Below are positions 52,983 through 64,000 of a stretch of DNA of 64,000 bases, piece after piece (the first letter of the stretch is position 1; every line of letters begins with the position of its first letter). Source of the stretch: Leucoraja ocellata (lineage: Eukaryota); the NCBI GenBank assembly GCA_036785375.1, contig JAWMAR010000243.1:2728001-2792000 (forward strand), given 5' to 3'. The position numbers and the translations under genes are program-made. Under the pieces are notes generated by a model. That model searched no databases. It was not told where the DNA came from and saw only the letters and a program-made list of their open reading frames with translations.

Positions 52983-53093
52983 CCTAAACTATAGCATAGG
53001 CCCTGAACTGAAGCTTGAAGTGGGCTCGCCACCAGCATAGGCCCTAAACTGCAGCATGGGCCCTGAACTGAAATGTGAAGTGGGCTCACCACC
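52983..53093. repeat. Tandem duplication, period 60 bp, about 1.85 copies
   Basis: cctaaact..agcat.ggccctgaactgaa..tgaagtgggctc.ccacc starts at 52983 and again at 53043. Confidence 0.85.
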
Positions 53094-53769
53094 TGACTCT
53101 GGGAGTCTCTCTGAAGCAGCTGTAGTCCAAAGAAGCGATGCTGCCACTTTAGGATCCTCCCTACTTCCAATAATCATCTTGCCAACCCACTGCCCAATGT
53201 TGTGGAAGTTCAGAGCCAGCTGACATTCTCCTAGCCTCCTTTGAGGAGAGCGGTAATTTATTCCCTCCATTTCCAAGACACTGCCACCCCAAGCACAGCC
53301 CATTTTCATAATTACGGCCACCCCACTGCCAAATGTTTTCCTGCTTCTCTGATCTTCAAGCAGAAGGTCACAGTTTGCATGTCATTTGAGTGTCTCAGAC
53401 GATAAGATAATGGGGAATGGGCACAATGAAATCATAACGAAACCTGATCCTATATTCAGCCAATGAAAGAATGACACTTTCTTATCACAAGTGACATGTC
53501 ACGGTGGGATTTTTGTTTTGCATAAACAAGTCACCACATATAGGGTGCTGACAAGTTACAGAGTATTCCATTTAGTCCCAATACATGCGTACATGTTCAT
53601 AAGTTGTAGGAGCAGAATCAGGCCATTCGACCCATCAAGTTTACTCTGCCACTCAATCATGGCTGATCTATCTTTCCCTCTCAACCCCATTCTCCTGTCT
53701 TCCCCCCATAACCCTTGACCCCCTTGCCAATCACACCTTCTTAGATACAAAGCTGTCTGAGGATCTGAA

Positions 53770-53910
53770 ATGGGGGTGGGAGATTGCAAGCTTCACGTGG
53801 TCCACCCTGTTTCGACTAATGCAATCAACTCGACGTGCACAAACAAGATCAAATAGAACAAGATGACCTACAACTTTAGACTGTGCATGCCATACGCAAG
53901 AAGAAGAAGA
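53770..53910 (+). mobile_element. Short retroposon 3' end with (AAG)n tail (RTE-like)
   Basis: Discrete block ending ccatacgcaagaagaagaaga. Confidence 0.45.
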
Positions 53911-53982
53911 TTCTGAAACTCATTTTTTCTGCAGCACAATGGAAACAAGAGTTCCTTTTCCCTCAAGAACCCAAATATTTAC

Positions 53983-54431
53983 CTGTTACCACAGCTGTCA
54001 CTTCGGATGATCTTGTCAGATGTCAGACCGTCTGTCATGGTCACACTCCTCCGCTTGATGTATCCACCTTTCTGATTTGCAGAGGGGTGAGCGAGCCCAT
54101 ATTTCCCATTGGACAGCCCGTAGCTGGCCTCCAGGTATCGCAGGGGAAGGGTGCGGTTGATTGGACAGTAGATGATGGCACCACTCTGCTCGGAAACGGG
54201 CTTGCGGTTCCTGACGTAAAACCTGACCAGGGCGGGGATGTTGTCGAAGCTCTCCCGTTCGAACAGAAACTGGATGCGGGTGAAGGCCTCGTTCTGTTTG
54301 ATCATCACCTTGTTGATTTTGAAGTGGAGAGGTTCATTTCTCCATTGGCAGGTCAACACGTAATCACCGACACATGTGAGGGAATCTCGAATGAGGAAAT
54401 CGCCATTTTTCTGCATTAGATTCTCAGACAC
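53983..54431 (-). CDS. SH2D3C: SH2D3C SH2-domain exon
   Basis: tttcag|GTG ... AG|gtaaat. Encodes VSENLMQKNGDFLIRDSLTCVGDYVLTCQWRNEPLHFKINK...RTLPLRYLEASYGL...KRRSVTMTDGLTSDK; SH2 FLIRDS motif present. Confidence 0.96.
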
Positions 54432-55459
54432 CTGAAAAAATATCAGAATTTTTAAAAAATTGTTGAGGAACACAGGAACCAGATTTGTCCCCACAAGCCT
54501 GTTCGTCCATACAATTGGATATTGGGCAATCTATGTTGTAATCCTTACATTTTGCATAATTCTGATTCTCTTTATGCAGTTACCTAAAACAAAGTGTTGA
54601 ATCTTTCAGGTGACCCTGTACCTTCCCCCTACCTCTCCCCATTCCAGTTTCAATAGCATTTTTGAAGGAGTTTGTTCCAGATTTCTCACTTAACACTGCA
54701 TTTTCAACCTCAGTCGGTTCTTCATAAATTCTAACGGCCAATCCCTCAGCATCAGTTCCATTGACACACCCTTTGTCGCCCAGCCTCTGAAGTGAGTCCC
54801 TGTCTACAGCCTGTGCAGTACCTACACGGCTTTGACCCATGGGCTGGTATTTAGATCAAAACACCCAATGTTCTTGCTCCTGATCACTAACCAGCAGTTC
54901 CTCGCAGCAGTAGGAATATCATTCTGCAAAGACCCACATTGATGGATGGGAACAGGACCATCCATCAATGTAGCTACTTTGCACAATGGTGCACTTCCTG
55001 GGGTTGCAACAGAGGCATCCCCTGGTGAAACCAATGAAAGTGATCCACTCTGCTTGTGACGGCTGAACATGACCTGACAGTCATGTCGTTAACCCTGAGA
55101 TCCTGGAAAAAAAGACCATCGTTGCTTTTTTTAGTATCTTCTAAAAAGTTAAAAACTAGATTTTCAAATAACGTTTAATTTATAACAGGTGGTGATTTTA
55201 CCTTTCTAGTTATTAGTTGTTAAGTTAGAAGTTGATTGGGCGCAGAATCAAAACAGAGGAAAGGGACATATTGATGGGGAAAAAAATGTCGATAAATGTA
55301 GCATCATTTTTCAATTGATGTGTCTAGGAAAAAAAAAGCAACTGAAGATCACTATCCATTCTTCACCTCACTAGGCAGGTGTGAAATGTTCAGAATAAAC
55401 TAATGAAAATGTGTCAAGACACTGAGAAGCCATAGGCTGACTATTCATCAGACTGTCAG

Positions 55460-55495
<36 letters not shown>

Positions 55496-56163
55496 ACCAA
55501 CCGCTCACTGAGCTGATGTATATTTATGTTGTTAATGCCTGTAGCAGTAAAAATGTCAAATCCTTTTCCTGCGTAGAGGGAAAGGAGAAGATATATTGCA
55601 GTTTTTCCCAGCTTTTAGGTGCTATATCTCTTGATCATTTTTATTCATAGTAATACATGAGGGAGCTATCACCTTGACATTTCAATTTGTTTTCAAATTA
55701 GATTCATTCCTGGTAACTGAATTTCTGCTTTCTTTGTTAAGTGCTTCCACAAACACCTTGAAAACAGTGACTGAATAATGGGCTTCGGTGACTGGAACTA
55801 AATTTGGAAGTAGTTACAACATAAAAGTCTGAACATAAGGCGCATAACATGAACTCTTAAGTCTTTGCCGGTAACCTATTTATTGTAGAACAGTGACAAA
55901 ATAAATATATACATTTCATAGAATATCAAAGGATTCTTAAATTAGGCCCAAACTGCAGATGGTTATCTTTGGGTAATTCTTTGATAAAACCATTGATAAA
56001 AACTTTTAAATAATTTCTTAAAAGCTTATCGAGTTTCTTTCAACATAGCTTGAAATAGAAGATATCCAGGTCACCATCTCTTGCCATCTCCTTGCCATTG
56101 CTCAGCTCCCTTCCCTCCTGGCATGCAAAACTGTAACTCGATACACCTGACAATCGCAGACTA

Positions 56164-56320
56164 NNNNNNNNNNNNNNNNNNNNNNNNNNNNNNNNNNNNN
56201 NNNNNNNNNNNNNNNNNNNNNNNNNNNNNNNNNNNNNNNNNNNNNNNNNNNNNNNNNNNNNNNNNNNNNNNNNNNNNNNNNNNNNNNNNNNNNNNNNNNN
56301 NNNNNNNNNNNNNNNNNNNN
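56164..56320. other. Assembly gap (Ns)
   Basis: Run of N. Confidence 0.99.
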
Positions 56321-57686
56321 TTCCACACAAATACCTCCCTCTAGCTTAACATTTCACTCCTCCACATCTCTCCTCTCCTTTTCCTGACACCCTATTGTTT
56401 CCTTTGCCTCTCTTCTGTGTCACTTACTGCACCCATCTGCCCATCACCCTCTCCCCACACCTGTATCCACCTATTACTTGCCAGACTTAGTCTCGCCCCC
56501 ATCTCTCTATCCAACTTTCTCCCCCCCCATCCCAATCGGTCTGAAGAGGGTTCCCATTTTAGATGTCCATTTATTTAGGTGTTCCGCCTGTATTTTAGCA
56601 AGTTGAATTCACAGTCTTAATCTGTAATATAGTTTCCGTGGTTAAAACAATTTCTCCCCTGAAGTCAGTGCAAAAAATGAACAGCAGCCAATTTACGTGT
56701 AGGGAAAGAACTGCAGATGTTGGTTTAAATCAAAGGTGGACACAAAATGCTGGAGTAACTCAGCTGGAGAGAAGGAATGGGTGACCAATTTACTAGGTGT
56801 TTCGTTTAAGTCAATTCCTCTGCCAACTTCTGCGCCTCTTTGCTGAAGCTGACCGCTGAAGTTCAGCTTTGGTACCTCACATAGTGTAAATTGTGGAAAT
56901 TTGTGGAAAGCCTGATGTGAATAGAAAATCCAGCCAGATATCCTGGAGAAGATGTGTGTTAATAAGAGAATAAATTACAACACTGATTTATATCATAAAA
57001 ATAGAAATAATGTAATTAAGTATTTGAAAGGGGTTTGTAGTTTGGAAATGCTGACTTCAGTAGCACAGAACATGCCACGTAAATACCCAGTATTAGACAG
57101 GCAGGGTTTTACTGCCAGTGTCAGTCAATCCATGTCCCATGGGTGCAGCAAACAACATTAAAAAAGCAGGCATTTCAAAGTGAGCTATAAAAGGCTTCCA
57201 AATATTTTTTTTTAAATAAAGTAACTATCAGTGATTGTTTTAATCTAATTATTTTGTTACATTCATAAAACCTGCTGGCTGTGCTATTTTTTGGAGTCAC
57301 TCTCTCAACTATTTCTGCTCCATAAGGGGGAGCCCGAGCTTTCAGCAATTGGTGGTTCTCCAAGAAGCAACAATGAAACTGGAAAGCAATGATTTTCCTC
57401 CACACCAACTTCACAACATGCAAGAGGCACAGAACGTCGCGGGAGCTTGAGGAATTTTCTACTAACGGCTTTTGAGAAACATTGCGCCTAATAAATCGCA
57501 CTGTAATTCCATGAATAGCTGCCTTTGTTGCAATATTATCATCTGCACAATATATTACGCACTTGTAATGGTTACAAGTAATAGTAATAGTTAGTGGTAA
57601 TAATAACTTTTGCTCCAACAAAGATGTAATAGGCATGATATAATTGGCCCCTTTGTTAACTGAGAACCAAGATAATTTTTCATTAC

Positions 57687-57815
57687 CTCGCGTGGAATGC
57701 GTCCGTGGTACCAGGCGTGACTCCGCAGGTCTGTGCTACTCAGTTTGAGCTCCTCCTCCAACTCTTTGTGCAGTTTCTCAGGACTGGAATCCAGGATATA
57801 TTTATCCTTTGAAAA
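57687..57815 (-). CDS. SH2D3C: SH2D3C exon preceding and starting the SH2 domain
   Basis: ctctag|TTT ... GAG|gtaatg. Encodes FSKDKYILDSSPEKLHKELEEELKLSSTDLRSHAWYHGRIPRE; 129 bp. More 5' exons were not identified in the window. Confidence 0.95.
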
Positions 57816-58162
57816 CTAGAGGAAACAAGGGAAACTGGATGTTAGTCATAATTTGGCACTTTTTTGAAGTAACACCTGGGCTTGTCTGTTGTTAATTTGG
57901 ATTGGAACATGTGCTTGGCTCAGTAAGTTCCACCAACTTGTCCTAAAGATTTCTGACTACTACTCCAGAGCTCCTGGGCAATTGTTCTGGAAGTAAATGC
58001 TTCCCCTGCACTGGAAATACATGCCTAAACTTGATGGATATCACTTACCATAAATGTTGAGAGATTCCCTAAATTGGACACCTGATGTGTCCTTGACTTG
58101 ATGAGATTTTGTAAATTAAATAGACATCAAACTGGACAGACTGTACCCCAGATGTTGTGTAA

Positions 58163-58460
58163 GAGCACAGTGGCATGGCGGTAGACCTACTGCCTTGCAG
58201 CACCAGAGACCCAGGTTCAAAACTGACTACGGGTGCGGTCTGTACGGAGTTTGTACTTTCTCCCCGTGACCTGAGTGAGTTTTCTCTAAGATCTTCGGTT
58301 TCCAAAGGCGTGCAAGTTTGTTGGATACTTGACTTGGTTATAAATATAAAATTGTCCCCAGTGTGTGTAGGGTAGTGTTAATGTGCGGGGATCACTGGTC
58401 GGTGCGGACTCGGTGGGCCGAAGGGCCTGTTTCTGCGCTGTATCTCTAAACTTAACTAAA
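58163..58460 (+). mobile_element. HE1-like V-SINE (more degenerate copies at ~58859-59040 + and ~59160-59325 -)
   Basis: Collinear similarity to 33996-34294, including the tail gggccgaagggcctgtttctgcgctgtatctctaaac. Confidence 0.8.
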
Positions 58461-60667
58461 TGGCAGAAAACCTATGTTGAGGTTTTTCAAATTAGACTGG
58501 TATCAGGTACTTCTGATATTCAAAACTCGTCAAAATTGGAAAAGCTTCAGGTTCCCAGACATTTATATTCAGAAACCTTCAACGGGATCTTCCAACACAT
58601 CACTACGTCAAGGCTGTAACAGGTACTTTAACTTTTTTTTGGAACATAGCTGACCAAAATTCCGGGACCAAAGCTGGCAAATTGTGTCACTGTTGAGTCA
58701 CAGCTGCTTTTAAAATGTTGCTCTTTCACACAGTACACATTAGCACAAATTAAAAAATACTGTTAATTATCTTAGGTGGTCCCTGAGTACTTTAGAACAA
58801 TGAAATACTTTTGGACTGTATTAACTGCTGTAAGATAGGATATACAGCATCCAATGAATGGCACAATGGCACAGCTGGTAAAGCTGCTACCTCACACTGC
58901 CCAGGTTCAATCCTGACTTCGGGTGCTGTTCGTGTGGTGTTTGCACGTTTTCCTTATGAGCATATAGGTTTCCCCCAGTTTTCTCCCCCATCCCAAAGAC
59001 GGGTGAGTTTGAGGGTTAATTGGCCTCTATAAATTTCCCAATTTCTGTCCTCTGAATCCCTGCCTACCATCAATCACCCCTTTACAATAATCCTACATTA
59101 ATCCTATTTTCAAAACTCTCTTCTTATCCTCATCAACTATGCCCCCACCCCCCAGACTCTGCTATTCACCCACACACGGGACAATTTACAGAAGCGAATT
59201 TGGAACGTGGAAGAAAACGGGCACCTGGAGGAAACCTATGCAGTTACATGCAAACTCCACGCAGTCAGCATCTGAGGTCGGGATCAAACCTGGGTCTCTG
59301 GCACTGTGAGGCATCAGTTCCCCAGCTACAATTGACAACTACAATTGTTCCACTTGTTTACCTGCGTGATAGTACTCATGACGTGAATTGGCTGGATACC
59401 GCCTAAAGCAACGTTTTTCACTATAACTCGGTAAATGTGACCATAATATACTAAAACAAAGGTAAATATTTTTGGAAGTGAATTCTGAATTCCATACAGG
59501 CAAATGGATGTTCCCCGAACTGCTTTAATGTAGAGATATATTGCACTACATTAAAGCCCCACTAGGCACAGTAAAACACCAACGACACGACCACACTAAA
59601 TTACTCCACTATCTTACCTTCCTTTGCAATGCCTGACTATCACAGATGTTGACAGAATATCCTGGGGGATATTCTGCAGGATTTGAAGATTAATCATTGG
59701 AACAATGCTCTAAGCAACTCAGAAGAAACAACATAGAAATAAAAGAGAGAAAGGCACAAAGTGCTGGAGTAGCTCAGTGGGTCTGTCAGCATCACTGAAG
59801 GAAAGGGATAGGTGATGTTTCGGGTCGGGACCCTAGTTCGGACAAGCCCGCTGAGTTACTCCAGTACTTTGTGTCTATCTTTGGTTTAAACCAGTATCTG
59901 CAGTTATATGTCCACGCATTTGGGAATAAAGGAACATGCTTTCAATATTACTCAGATACAGGAGGAGACAACTAATCACATGGTATTATTCAGCATTTAT
60001 TTAGTGCCCTTAAATAGTGCCCATCTATCAAGGTGCAATATGGCAGAGGGGTGAATATGTCCCAGTATCTGTCACACATTTTAACATGAGGCGTTACAAA
60101 TAACCAAGAATGTGTCCCAAATAAAGCTCCCCTGTGTAACATGTTGTCTTACACTTTGGAAAATTTGATACGTCACTGTCTTTTGTGGGGGGAAAATACT
60201 TCAAAGTGTGTCCCATGGCCATTTTGTTTGAATTATCTCATCTGAGTTTGCCACAGACTATATTGCATCTGTGCTTGTCACCATGAAGAGAAGTTTCAAG
60301 CGGCTTTTTAAATATAGCTGGAGGTTAGGGTGTAAAGGAGGAATGTTGCATTGGACCGTGTGATGAGGGGTGTACTCCACGGAATGAGTCTGGTGTAGTA
60401 AACAGTAATATATGATGTTGGGTATATGAGGGAGTGGTGGCCTTGCTATATATGTGACTGAGGTTTAGCAGTCAATTCATATAACATGAAAGTTAAAATA
60501 TTCTTATAATTAACCCTGCCAGTGCTCATGATCATGGTGATAGCTTTTTTCCCCAACTCATTCTGTTTGCTCCTAATTTACTAGCCAGCCCTGGAGGGTT
60601 TGTCTGTGTGAAATTGCTTTTGATTCCTTTGTGCTAATTTGATGTGTTCGGCTATTGCCACTGCAAA

Positions 60668-60690
60668 TACACACACACACACACACACAC
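60668..60690. repeat. (CA)n microsatellite
   Basis: acacacacacacacacacacac. Confidence 0.9.
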
Positions 60691-63600
60691 CGCGGTGTGG
60701 CCGCAGGTCAGCTGGTGATGTCATATTATATTTTTACTCTGCTCTTCGAGATTCCCAGGGGTACTGGTACAATGCAAGGTTTAAACTGCCGCTTCTAAGG
60801 ACAGGAAGACAAAGAGGGAGAGATGGTGTGTGGAAGGACGTTGCACAAATTGAGAAAGGCTAGTTACACGACTGTAAGACAGAGAATAAGACAAAAAGAG
60901 GGCAGACATACATGAGCAAGTGGACAGAACGGGAGAAAAGACAAAATGAGAGGAGGGTTGGAGTGGAAATGGAACTGAAAGAAACATTAAGGCTACAAGG
61001 TGCGCAAGTCACATCAAAGCTAAGGCACAGAAGTGATTCCTGGAAAAAGACAGTCAGCCTAGTTCATTCCCGTGAGCACTTCTTACAGCCTATCTCTGGT
61101 CCATATTCGTCCTTTTAAGACAGGATGGGAGCAAATAAAGAAATGGGATGGGGAAAAATAGTTTAAAAATACGTTTGATCAGTAACACTGGCCCTCCAAT
61201 ATATATACATCATTGCTTCTGTGCCCAAAACAGATCAAGAACTAAATAAATCCACGAGGAAATTACAAAAACAAAATGCTGCAGGTGCAGAAAACAATTA
61301 GAAATCTATCTTGTGGATGCTGTTAGACCTGCTGAGTGATTCCAGTATTTTGTGTTCTAGTTTGACTCTGGAATTAGACTTCATATATTATAAAACATAG
61401 GATTGAAAGCAAGTCACTCACCTGAGCTTTTAAATTTCCATCACATATACAAATCACCACAGATTTAGAAACAAAGAAATACAGATGCTGGTTAATACAC
61501 AAAAGGACACACAGTGCTGGAGTAATTTGGCAGGTCAGGCATGGTTAGGCAGGCATAGGCGAGGTTTTGGGTCGAGACCTTTCTTTCGACTCTGATTGAC
61601 TTCACTTTAACAGTGTGACTTTCTCCAGCTCTCCGTGATCGCATTTCTCCAACATTAATCTCTTGTACAAATCCATTTCCTACAACACTCCAACACAAAG
61701 CTCAGGTTTCACTCTAACATTCCCTTTCTCAACGTTTCAGCTTTTTTTCCTCATTTAAGAAGTAAATTACAAGATACCTCTTTGCCCAAGTTACGTAGAA
61801 ACATAGAAAATAGATGCAGGAGTAGGCCCTTCGAGCCTGCACCGCCATTCAATATGATCATGGCTGATCATCCAACTCAGTATCCCGTACCTGCCTTCTC
61901 TCCATACCCCCTGATCCCCTTAGCCACAAGGGCCACATCTAACTCCCTCTTAAATATAACCAATGAACTGACCTCTACTACCTTCTGTGGCAGAGAATTC
62001 CAGAGATTCACCACTCTCTGGGTGAAAAATGTTTTTCTCAACTCGGTCCTAAAAGACTGCCCTCTTATCCTTAAACTGTGACCAACGGGAACAATCTTCC
62101 TGCATCTAGCCTGCCCAGCCCCTTAAGAATTTTGTAAGTTTCTATAAGATCCCCCCCTCAATCTTCTAAATTCTAGCGAGTACAAGCCGAGTCATTCGTC
62201 ATTGCCCACTAGCATGGTATTTTATCTGATTATGTTCCTTCCTTCGAGGATGTTTTATTACATTAAAGATACAACGTGGTTGCAAGTGCCAAGTCAGGCT
62301 GATTTTTGTTATTCTCCTCTAAAAATTAATCTTCCCAGCAGCCTTACTTTTGTCAGGCAGCCAGCTGTGTAAGGCCAGCCTGAATGAAGCCAATACTATA
62401 AGCATGGATTTTGAACAATAAAATGATGCCTGGTATCTATCACCTGCGTCCCAATGTCACAAGATCTCAGCTGTTTACATTGTGTGTGGCTGGATGCCAC
62501 AATATCATAGTTCCACAAAAGTGAAGACCAATAGACAGGGTGGTGAAGAGTATTTGCACACTTGCCTTCATTGTTGGAATTACTGGGTACAGGAGTTAGG
62601 ATTTTGGAATGCTTGGTATAAATCTGGTTGCCCTGTTAATGGAAGCCTGTTATTAAACTGGCAAATGTGCAACAAAGATGTTATTAGGTCTGGAGTTATG
62701 AGGGGAGGCTAGATAGACTGTGTCTTTTCCCCCTCATAGTATAGGAAGCTGCTGCGTGACCTGATAGAGCTATAGAAAATCACGAGGGGCTTAGATAAAG
62801 TAAATAACCACAGTCTTTTATCCAGAGTGGGAATCATGACCTTGGGGACATGAGTTTAAAGTGAAAAAGGAAAGATTTATCAAGAACTGGGGGCAACTTT
62901 TTCACACCGAGGGCGTTAGATATATGCAACGAGCTGCCAGAGGAAGTGGTAGAATTACAATATTTAAAGACATTTGGAAGGTACATGGATAGGAAAAGTT
63001 TGGAGGGATATGGGTCAGGAGCAGGCAAGTGGGACTACCTTGGTTAGGCAACTTGATCAGCACGTGGACTCAAATGTTTTATTTCCATAGTGTACAGTTC
63101 AATGACTCTACCCTGTCAAGCCATGTCATGATGTTGTATATTTATCCCTCACTCTTTTAAGCGAGAGAGCATAGGCCTAGTGTACTAGATCTCTCCTAAT
63201 AGAACACTTCCACCCTTGTCCCAAGTATCAATCTGGTGAGTTCTTGCAGCTCTTCCTCTAGGGAGACCAGTACTGTACATAATATACCGTTTGCCTCCCT
63301 GCTTGCTTTGTGTATCAACAAGTCATCTTTCATGGGCATAGACACCCAGGTGCCTCTGAACACCTGAGCAAAAATAACAAACTTGGAGGAACACAGTGGG
63401 TCGGGCAGCATCTGTGGAGGGAAAGGACAGACGATGTTTCGGGTTGGGACCCTTCTTCAGACTCTGAACTCTCAACCTTTCAATCTCTCACCACAAATAT
63501 ATTTGATATATCTTTTATTTATTGATATCAACAAGGATGCCTTCACATGTCCTGCCGTGGCCTTGCCCTTTCACGTACCTTCCCAATACCCCTGGGGCCT

Positions 63601-64000
63601 CTGTACATCATCCTGTCTACACACGCTGTCACCCTGCTTTGTCTCATCTTTGAATCATCGGTTGTGTCAGGCACATGGGACTGTGCAGCAGGACACAAGC
63701 GGGAGCTTTGTGCTGCAAAACCTTCACCCATCTTTTTGATCTGCCCTGCTTTGAAATGATCAACATTTAATGATCTCTGACTGATGAAATCTCGCTGCCT
63801 CCCCGGTAACACATTTGAGCAGTTTTAATATTCCTGACGCTTTTAATTGTAAACTCTAATTAATTGTTTATCAGCTTGCCCCTCTCCTTGCTCTTCACAA
63901 TCAGGGGCCAAGACTAAATAAGAGAACACAATGCTGATAATTACATGCCCTGGTTAATGATGTGCCATCGCAGTTCAGCATTCATTACCATATAGTGTAC

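Noticed and set aside
51334-54419. Plus-strand ORFs overlapping SH2D3C exons (51334-51627, 51594-51881, 53883-54419)
   Set aside because: Antisense shadows of GC-rich coding exons with no independent evidence.
55464-55493. Long C/G homopolymers (also near 3265, 14984 and 19796) as functional G-quadruplexes
   Set aside because: Simple homopolymers of unreliable assembled length with no supporting context.
59618-59673. Possible small upstream SH2D3C exon (minus strand, AAG|gtaaga donor)
   Set aside because: Peptide lacks the expected ...YVK or any recognisable N-terminal isoform sequence; splice signals alone are insufficient.
61416-61466. Consensus donor CAG|gtgagt on the minus strand as an alternative SH2D3C first exon
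   Set aside because: Abuts a PLE remnant; no start codon or homology supports it.

Overview
Vertebrate genomic DNA, AT-rich, with two N gaps. Its repeats (HE1-type V-SINEs, CR1/HER1-like LINE ends, Penelope-like elements) point to a cartilaginous fish, most likely a skate or ray; this is an inference. Two genes lie tail-to-tail. On + are the last coding exons of FNBP1 (F-BAR/SH3 protein), with two predicted alternative C-termini (-KGAMTYI* by donor read-through; -KGT* via a distal exon at 13455). On - are nine in-frame GT-AG exons of SH2D3C (NSP3/SHEP1/CHAT), from the pre-SH2 exon to the stop (-PPVRHSEL*). Most ORF-track entries are non-coding noise or repeat-derived. The most striking unannotated structure is a family of short Penelope-derived elements. 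They carry a minimal hammerhead-ribozyme motif, and several young copies are near-perfect fold-back palindromes with target-site duplications that turn around at or next to the hammerhead stem II. A frameshifted GIY-YIG endonuclease fragment joined to the same tail links them to Penelope. Repeat boundaries are approximate and were read by eye.
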